DNA of 64,000 nucleotides from Eubacteriales bacterium (GTDB lineage Bacteria; Bacillota; Clostridia; Lachnospirales; Lachnospiraceae): NCBI GenBank assembly GCA_030539055.1, contig JAUNSV010000005.1, positions 26,574 to 90,573 of the forward strand, read 5' to 3'. Shown piece by piece: positions 57,634 to 64,000 of this stretch (position 1 is its first letter; each line of letters starts with the position of its first letter). The notes under the pieces were generated by a model. It saw only the letters and a program-made list of their open reading frames with translations, ran no database searches and was not told where the DNA came from. The position numbers and the translations under genes were made by a program.

Positions 57634-58128
57634 ATGTGCGAAAATAGTGAAAAAAATAATAATTCTTTTGACAATAAAAAGCTTATTGCTTATGTTGATG
57701 GAAGCTTCAATGAAAGCCTTGGCAGATATTCTTTTGCTTGTATTTTGATTTTATCAAACAAAAAAACTTTTGAATACTTTGGTAGTGGTGACAATGAAGA
57801 TACTAAGCAAATTAGAAATGTTGCTGGAGAAATGCTTGGTGCTATGTTTGCTACAAAATGGGCTACTATAAATAATTTTAAAAGTATAGATATATATTAT
57901 GATTATATAGGTATTGAAGCTTGGGCTGTGAATAAATGGAAAACAAAAAATGTTTTTACAAAAAAATATGCTGATTTTATGAATGAATACAAAAAATATT
58001 TGAAAATAAATTTTTATAAAGTATTAGCTCACTCAGGCGATAAATACAATGAAAAAGTTGATAAACTCGCTAAAGAAGCTTTGACTCATAATACAGGTAT
58101 TCCAAAAATAGAAAAAATAAAATTATAA
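57634..58128 (+). CDS. RNase H-like (RNase HI-related) protein
   Basis: 164 aa. AYVDGSFN, AGEMLGA, YYDY, HSGDKYNEKVDKLAK give a DEDD-like arrangement. Confidence 0.65.
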   Translation: MCENSEKNNNSFDNKKLIAYVDGSFNESLGRYSFACILILSNKKTFEYFGSGDNEDTKQIRNVAGEMLGAMFATKWATINNFKSIDIYYDYIGIEAWAVNKWKTKNVFTKKYADFMNEYKKYLKINFYKVLAHSGDKYNEKVDKLAKEALTHNTGIPKIEKIKL

Positions 58129-58161
58129 TTTGTAATTTTTTTTAATTAGTATTATTATTTT

Positions 58162-58683
58162 TTAATTTATTAAATACATTTTTATTTTATTTTTTATATT
58201 TAATCCCAAAAATAGTGCAATAATCATTTTAATAATATCAATTATAATATAAGGTACTACTCCAATATAAAATGCTTCAATATATCTTATTTTTAAAATA
58301 ATACATAAATGTAATGTTCCAACTAGGTACATAAAACAAGTAGCAAGTAATAAACTTAAAAAAACAAATACCTTTTTATATGAGAAAATTTTTGATATTT
58401 TATAAATTATTATGGGTATAAATATATATGCGATAATGTATCCACCAGTTGGCCCTACAATCTTACTTAAGCCAGAACCAAAATTTGAAAATACTGGAAG
58501 TCCACAAACTCCTAGTATAATATAAATTAAAATAGCATATGTTGAAATATTAATATCAAATATTATTGATATCAAATAAATAATCAAGTTAGAAAATGAT
58601 ATAGGTACTACAGAAAAAGGAATAGGAATAGAAAAAGGTGATATAATACAAAGAATACCACACAATAAACTGATTATACACAT
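58162..58683 (-). CDS. bioY: Biotin ECF-transporter S component BioY
   Basis: ORF trimmed to ATG 58683 to remove the overlap with the sirtuin gene. GPTGGYIIAYIF. Confidence 0.8.
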   Translation of the reverse strand: MCIISLLCGILCIISPFSIPIPFSVVPISFSNLIIYLISIIFDINISTYAILIYIILGVCGLPVFSNFGSGLSKIVGPTGGYIIAYIFIPIIIYKISKIFSYKKVFVFLSLLLATCFMYLVGTLHLCIILKIRYIEAFYIGVVPYIIIDIIKMIIALFLGLNIKNKIKMYLIN

Positions 58684-58696
58684 TTCTTTTAATTTT

Positions 58697-59431
58697 TTAT
58701 ATTTCAACAATTTCTTTAAATACTTCTCCTGCTTTTCCGTGGTACACATAATTAATATTTTCTTCGTGTGGCACTTCATCTTTGTTGATTAATATTAATT
58801 CATTTCCTTTATAAAAGTTTACAAATGAAGCTGCTGGATATACAACTAGAGATGTACCACATATTATTAAAGTTTTAGCATTTGAAATATAATTAATTGA
58901 TTCATTTACCACTTGATTATTTAAACCCTCTTCATACATCACTATGTCTGGTCTTATAATTCCACCACAAGTACATAACGGAATATCATTTTTATCATTT
59001 AACACATCTTCTATAGTAAATTTTTTGCCACACTTCGTGCAAGTATTATTGAAAGAAGTACCATGAAGCTCTAGTACTTTTTTTGAACCAGCTTTTTGGT
59101 GCAAGGAATCTATATTTTGAGTTACAATTGCTTTTAATTTGCCTCTTTTTTCTAATTCACATAAAGCAAGATGAGCATAATTTGGAGAAGCATTAATCAT
59201 TGGTTTTAAGCATTTATTTTTATAAAACCTATAAAATTCTTTAGGATTATTTATAAAAAAAGAATATGATAGTATTTGTTCTGGAGGATAATCATACTCC
59301 ATATTATATAATCCATCTTTTGATCTAAAATCTGGTATATTTGATTCTGTACCAAGACCAGCACCACCAAAAAATACTATATTATTTGACTTGTTTATTA
59401 CTTCTTTTATTTGATCTAAATTAGCATTCAT
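58697..59431 (-). CDS. cobB: NAD-dependent protein deacylase (Sir2/CobB family)
   Basis: 244 aa. GAGLGTESNIPDFRS, QNIDSLH, Zn ribbon CTKCGKK...CTCGG. Confidence 0.85.
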   Translation of the reverse strand: MNANLDQIKEVINKSNNIVFFGGAGLGTESNIPDFRSKDGLYNMEYDYPPEQILSYSFFINNPKEFYRFYKNKCLKPMINASPNYAHLALCELEKRGKLKAIVTQNIDSLHQKAGSKKVLELHGTSFNNTCTKCGKKFTIEDVLNDKNDIPLCTCGGIIRPDIVMYEEGLNNQVVNESINYISNAKTLIICGTSLVVYPAASFVNFYKGNELILINKDEVPHEENINYVYHGKAGEVFKEIVEI

Positions 59432-59458
59432 ATTTTTTCCTTTACTATATAAGTATGT

Positions 59459-60442
59459 TTATGGATTTGGAGATGTTGCTCGCAAATTTGATTCAATAAA
59501 TTTATTATATCCAATAAAACCATTTGGATCTTTTCTATGTATAGCTTCTGCTGCTTCTAGATCCTCTCGCATTGTTTCTAATTTTGCATCTATATTATCC
59601 ACAAATGCTACAGCCATTGCTTCCATAAGTGCAGGTCTTTTTGGAGATCCATACTCAAGTGAGCCATGGTGCGATAAAATAATATGCAAAAATTCTGTTT
59701 TACTTGATTCTGGAAAATCTTTTATTTCACTAATTTTTTTAGATAATATTTCATAACCTATAACTATATGACCAAGGAGTTGACCCTCATCTGTATAATC
59801 TGGTGTGGGAAATTTTGTATACTCTCGTACTTTTCCTATATCATGGCAAAGAGAAGCACTAACCATCAAATCTCTATTTAAATCTGTATGTATATTTGAA
59901 ATTGCATCTGCAAGATGAGCTACAGATAAAGTATGCTCTAGTAGACCATGCATAAAATTATGATGTATATTTTTTGCTGCTGTATGATTAATAAATTCAT
60001 TTCTGAAATTTTCATCTTTAATAAATACATTTTCTAATAAAGTTTTTAGATATGGAGTTTTTATGCTAAAAATTAGATTATCTAATTCTTTTGTCATTTG
60101 ATTCAAATCTTTTTTTGAACTAGAAATAAAATCATCTGGATTATAATCTCCGTCTTTTGCTTTTTTTACCCTTTGAATAATAATTTGCAAAGTGCCATTA
60201 TATGATTGAACATCGCCCTCTACATAAATATATTCTCCTTGAGAAAATTCTTCTATACCAGGGTTCATAGGCGACCATATTTTTGCATCTATAGAACCAG
60301 TTTTATCTTGTATTGAAGCATTGATATAATCTTTTCCTGCTTTAGTTTTTGCATTCATTTTTGTGCGACAATAATATATATCATGTGTCCTCATACCATC
60401 GTGAAAATCTTTAATAAAATTCATTTTTTCTCTCCTTGCCAT
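59459..60442 (-). CDS. yhaM: 3'-5' exoribonuclease YhaM (OB fold + HD domain)
   Basis: 327 aa. HHNFMHGLLEHTLSV and CHDIGK. Confidence 0.85.
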   Translation of the reverse strand: MARREKMNFIKDFHDGMRTHDIYYCRTKMNAKTKAGKDYINASIQDKTGSIDAKIWSPMNPGIEEFSQGEYIYVEGDVQSYNGTLQIIIQRVKKAKDGDYNPDDFISSSKKDLNQMTKELDNLIFSIKTPYLKTLLENVFIKDENFRNEFINHTAAKNIHHNFMHGLLEHTLSVAHLADAISNIHTDLNRDLMVSASLCHDIGKVREYTKFPTPDYTDEGQLLGHIVIGYEILSKKISEIKDFPESSKTEFLHIILSHHGSLEYGSPKRPALMEAMAVAFVDNIDAKLETMREDLEAAEAIHRKDPNGFIGYNKFIESNLRATSPNP

Positions 60443-61923
60443 TTTTTAATATAGTCTAGTACAGATTTGTGCCCATTTATTCTTGTTATTTGTTTTTCAT
60501 TATTTTCATATTTTACTATTTTACTACTTGCTCCAGCACCAAATCCAAAAACTGAATGTTTTTCACCCATCATCATTATATTATATAAACATTCTTTTTG
60601 TAAAGAAGAAAAACCTATATTCTCCAAATTGCCCGCTATATTTTTTTGTCTATATAAATAATAAGGGTTCAAATTTAATTCACTAGCAAGGAAAAAAGCA
60701 CACTTCATCATTTTATTTATTTCTGTTGGGTCTTTGATTAATGCTGAATAATTTTTGTCCCAGAATTTTTTTTCAAAATTTAGTCTTGATGCTCTCTTTA
60801 ATGCTAATGAATGAATAGTAAGAGATGCTGGTTTTAGTTTTGCTATTTCACAAAATGAATATACTACATCTTCTAATTTTTCTCCTGGGAGCCCTATTAT
60901 CAAATCCATATTGATATTATCAAATCCCATTTCTTTTGCCATATAGAATTTATCGTAAATATCTTCTACTTTATGAGATCTACCAATAATATCTAGTGTT
61001 TTTTGATTAAATGTTTGTGGGTTAATAGAAATTCTGTTTACATTATACTCTTTCATCAATTGCAATTTTTCTTTTGTAATTGTGTCTGGTCTTCCTGCTT
61101 CTATAGTGTATTCAAAATTTTTATGTTTTTTTAAATGAGAAGTACCTTTTTTTATAAAATTAAGTAGTCTTTCAAAATCTTTTTCACATAATGAAGTTGG
61201 TGTTCCACCACCTATGTATAATGATAATATTTTTTTGTTTTGTGGGAAATTATCTTTTTCATATATTATTTCTTTTTCTAGTGCATCCAAATAATTATCA
61301 ACTTCGTTTTTATATTGATTAATATTGTATGAAGTAAAAGAGCAATATAAGCAAGTGCTTTTGCAAAAGGGAATACCCACATACATTGAGTACATATTTT
61401 TATAATCTGTGCATTGTTTTTGTTTTATTACCTTTTTTTCAATATTAGAAATTTTAATCAATAATTCTATTTTTTCTTTTGATAAAAAATATTCTTTATT
61501 TAAATAATTTTCTATTTGATTTTTGTTTTTTCCATCCAATGTTTCGCTTACAATATTTACAGGTCTAATGCCAGTTAAAGTTCCCCATGGAAGTGTCTTT
61601 TTTGTTAATTTAGAAAAATCTTTATATAAATTTCTTTTTAAATCATTTCTATTTTGTTTTTTGTTTTTTGATGTTTTCATAGATTTTATTTGTATATAAT
61701 ATAGATTTAAGTTTAAAAAACTTTCTACAATAATTGATGATTTTTTTGTAGTAGGAATTTTTATATTTATTAATGTTTTTTCTTTTCTTTTGTTTTGTAA
61801 AAAATAATTAAATTTTTCTAAAATAAAAAAATGCACTTTTTCATAAGGGAAAAATGCCATAACTATATCTCTTATATCTGTTTCAAAACAATAAATTTCT
61901 TTTGGTATGAAAAAAAGTATCAT
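60421..61923 (-). CDS. HemN/HemZ-like oxygen-independent coproporphyrinogen oxidase-family radical-SAM protein
   Basis: 500 aa. GIPFCKSTCLYCSF (CxxxCxxC) and GGGTPT. Confidence 0.8.
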   Translation of the reverse strand: MILFFIPKEIYCFETDIRDIVMAFFPYEKVHFFILEKFNYFLQNKRKEKTLINIKIPTTKKSSIIVESFLNLNLYYIQIKSMKTSKNKKQNRNDLKRNLYKDFSKLTKKTLPWGTLTGIRPVNIVSETLDGKNKNQIENYLNKEYFLSKEKIELLIKISNIEKKVIKQKQCTDYKNMYSMYVGIPFCKSTCLYCSFTSYNINQYKNEVDNYLDALEKEIIYEKDNFPQNKKILSLYIGGGTPTSLCEKDFERLLNFIKKGTSHLKKHKNFEYTIEAGRPDTITKEKLQLMKEYNVNRISINPQTFNQKTLDIIGRSHKVEDIYDKFYMAKEMGFDNINMDLIIGLPGEKLEDVVYSFCEIAKLKPASLTIHSLALKRASRLNFEKKFWDKNYSALIKDPTEINKMMKCAFFLASELNLNPYYLYRQKNIAGNLENIGFSSLQKECLYNIMMMGEKHSVFGFGAGASSKIVKYENNEKQITRINGHKSVLDYIKKWQGEKK

Positions 61924-62085
61924 ATTAAACCTCTATTAATTTTAATTCAAGTATAAAACTATTACTAGGTGCATTGTCATATTCAATAAATTAAATTTTC
62001 TTATTTAATAAATATTATATTGTAAAATAGGAAAATAACTTTTACTAAAACTAGGTTCATTTGTATCTAAAAAAAATATTTATTT

Positions 62086-63396
62086 TTAATAATTACTCAC
62101 ACTACTACCTGCACTATATGCACTTGAAAATGCAATAGTCAAATTGTATCCTCCAGTAAGGCAATCTACATCTATTACTTCTCCAGCAAAATATAAACCT
62201 TTTACTAATTTAGATTCCATAGTTTTGGGATTTATTTCATTACAATCTATGCCACCTTTTGTAATAATTGCTTCATCAAATGATTTTAATTCAATTGGCA
62301 AAATTTTAAATTCTTTTATCATATTTACTAATTCTTTTCTTTCATCTTTAGTAATATCACATACTTTCTTATTTCCTATTGAATTATTTTTATATTTACA
62401 AACACAATCTAATTTATAAATTATAGACAAGATGATTTTTTGTGGCAATAAATCAATCAAAGCATTCTTCAATTCTTTATTTTGATATTTTGAAAAATCT
62501 CTTATTATTCTTTTATCTAATTCTGTAAAAGATAAAGCTGGTTTTAAATCAATATCTATCCTATAATCTTTTATATCTTCTTTATCACTTAAAAAACTAG
62601 ATAATGATAATACGATTGGTCCAGATATTCCATAATGAGTGAATAGCATTTCACCAAAGTCTTTAAATATAATTTTTTGTTTACTATCTTTATGGTATAA
62701 TTTAATCGAAACATTTTTTAATGTTAATCCTTGCAAAGTATTAATATCATCATTTATTAAATTTCGTATTACTATACCTACTAAAGACGGATATAATTTT
62801 ATAATATTGTGACCAAATTTTTTTGCAAATTTATATCCATCACCAGTTGAACCAGTTTGGGGATAAGATATGCCTCCCGTAGCAATTATTACTTTATCAA
62901 AATACGATTTTTTTATTTCATTATTTGTGTCATTATTATTTTTATATTGTACTTCAAATTTTGAATTAAATTCTCCTTGCTCTACTTTTTTTATATCTAC
63001 TACTTCATATTTTAATTTTATATAAACATTTTCTTCATTCATTGCTTTTTTTAATGCATCTGTAACAGAGTAAGATTTATCACTAAGTGGAAAAACTCTA
63101 TTCCCTCTTTCTATTTTTAATTTGCATCCTTTTTCTTCTAAAAAATTATATAATTCTTTATTTGAAAAATTATGAAGTGAAGAATACATAAATTTTTTAT
63201 TTCTTGTAATATTTTGAATTATTGTATCAAACTCATTCATATTTGTAACATTACATCTACCTTTTCCTGTAATAAAAAGTTTTTTACCTAATTTTTCATT
63301 TTTTTCATATAGATAAACTTTATTTTTATTATTTTTAGAGGCACAATATGCACTCATCATTCCAGATGGTCCACCACCTATTACTAAAATATCCAT
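62086..63396 (-). CDS. HI0933/BaiN-like NAD(P)/FAD-dependent flavoprotein
   Basis: 436 aa. ILVIGGGPSGMM, GKGRCNVTN, C-terminal GGYNLTIAFSS. Confidence 0.85.
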   Translation of the reverse strand: MDILVIGGGPSGMMSAYCASKNNKNKVYLYEKNEKLGKKLFITGKGRCNVTNMNEFDTIIQNITRNKKFMYSSLHNFSNKELYNFLEEKGCKLKIERGNRVFPLSDKSYSVTDALKKAMNEENVYIKLKYEVVDIKKVEQGEFNSKFEVQYKNNNDTNNEIKKSYFDKVIIATGGISYPQTGSTGDGYKFAKKFGHNIIKLYPSLVGIVIRNLINDDINTLQGLTLKNVSIKLYHKDSKQKIIFKDFGEMLFTHYGISGPIVLSLSSFLSDKEDIKDYRIDIDLKPALSFTELDKRIIRDFSKYQNKELKNALIDLLPQKIILSIIYKLDCVCKYKNNSIGNKKVCDITKDERKELVNMIKEFKILPIELKSFDEAIITKGGIDCNEINPKTMESKLVKGLYFAGEVIDVDCLTGGYNLTIAFSSAYSAGSSVSNY

Positions 63397-64000
63397 TTAA
63401 ATATCTTCTCTCTCCCATTTAAAACATTTTATGCTTATAATTGCAAAAATTGTACCTATGATACATATTATAATTTCTGTTATCATTAAAAAATTAATAT
63501 TTGAAAACATAAAAATTATAGAGGCAAGTAAACTTGATAATATAGCTCCAGAAGAAGTTGTGCTTGCCAAAACTGATTGAGCTTTTATATTGTCCTCTTT
63601 TCTTATTGCTTCCTTAACAAAAAAAATGGAAGAAGGCAAAAAAGCTCCCCAAGCAATAAGTTGCATCATTTGTGAAAAATACACTAAAAATAAACTATTT
63701 GCAAATGTAATTACAATAGTTTTTATAGTAAAAGCTATAAAAGAAAAAATTAGTATGTTTGTACATTTGAATTTTTTTTTCTATTTTTTTATAATATAAC
63801 ATAAAAATACTTTCTAGTAATGCAGCTAAAAAGAAACACTCTCCCACTTCCTTGCTTCCAGCTCCGAACTTATTCATTATAAGTATAAGATAATTATTGA
63901 TAGATTGATGAGATGATAAAATGAATGTAAGACCTACACTAAATAATAATAAGCCTTTGTATTTTTTAAAAAAATCAAATAAATTAAGAGCATCATTATT
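63397..64000 (-). pseudogene. MFS-type transporter gene, 5' part beyond the window end, frameshifted at a 9-nt homopolymer
   Basis: ORFs 63695..63877 (open to the window end) and 63397..63684 are in different frames. Removing one base from the T9 run 63772..63780 joins them as ...FMLYYKKIEKKFKCTNILIFSFIAFTIKTIVITFANSLFLVYFSQMMQ... Confidence 0.6.

Noticed and set aside
57634-58128. The RNase H-like gene as part of a retron or reverse-transcriptase system.
   Set aside because: There is no reverse-transcriptase ORF or structured msr/msd-like repeat nearby. It is an isolated gene between pgeF and bioY.
58697-59431. The Sir2-family gene as an NAD-depleting defence effector.
   Set aside because: It has the canonical short CobB-type deacylase layout: the GAGxxxxxxIPDFRS motif, a Zn ribbon, and no extra sensor domain. 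Its neighbours are housekeeping genes (bioY, yhaM).

Overview
This is a 64-kb chromosomal window from a very AT-rich Firmicute. Hand counts of 60-nt backbone samples give roughly 17-25% G+C. The gene order hprK-murB-rapZ-whiA-crh-dnaE looks Clostridia-like. No database search or folding program was run, so all family calls rest on motif recognition and hand translation.

About 70 genes are present and nearly all core genes lie on the minus strand. The plus-strand genes are arsR, a GNAT, the HipA-like pair, one Fic gene and an RNase H-like gene.

Core blocks, in order:
- arsR / HMA chaperone / P1B ATPase metal-efflux module
- pepP-like peptidase and dnaE
- crh-like, whiA, rapZ, murB, hprK
- metQNI methionine importer
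- class III ribonucleotide reductase (nrdD, then rsmI-nrdG)
- tsaE, a GT2 glycosyltransferase, and secA
- CotH plus a YtrA-type ABC operon
- a ~13.5-kb uninterrupted run holding the whole shikimate/Phe/Tyr pathway with proBAC embedded
- pgeF, bioY, a sirtuin, yhaM, a hemZ-like gene, a BaiN-like flavoprotein, and a frameshifted MFS gene

From ~12.97 to 25.9 kb lies an accessory, decay-rich patchwork. It holds several frameshifted or truncated genes, GC-shifted inserts, a bifunctional m5C+DPPY methyltransferase-Fic-GNAT operon, a small-ORF + HipA-like kinase pair, and a Fic-wHTH gene. A further Fic cassette sits at 33.8-35.0 kb. I found one tRNA (Glu-CUC) and no rRNA, CRISPR array, transposase or integrase.

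Most interesting, in my judgement:
1. A 23-codon leader ORF with 7 Met codons and a classical 1:2/2:3/3:4 attenuator directly upstream of metQNI.
2. NrdD carrying a C-terminal CPNC glutaredoxin-like domain.
3. The MTase-Fic-GNAT operon, which has no restriction nuclease.
4. The short HipA-like kinase with a 72-aa upstream partner.
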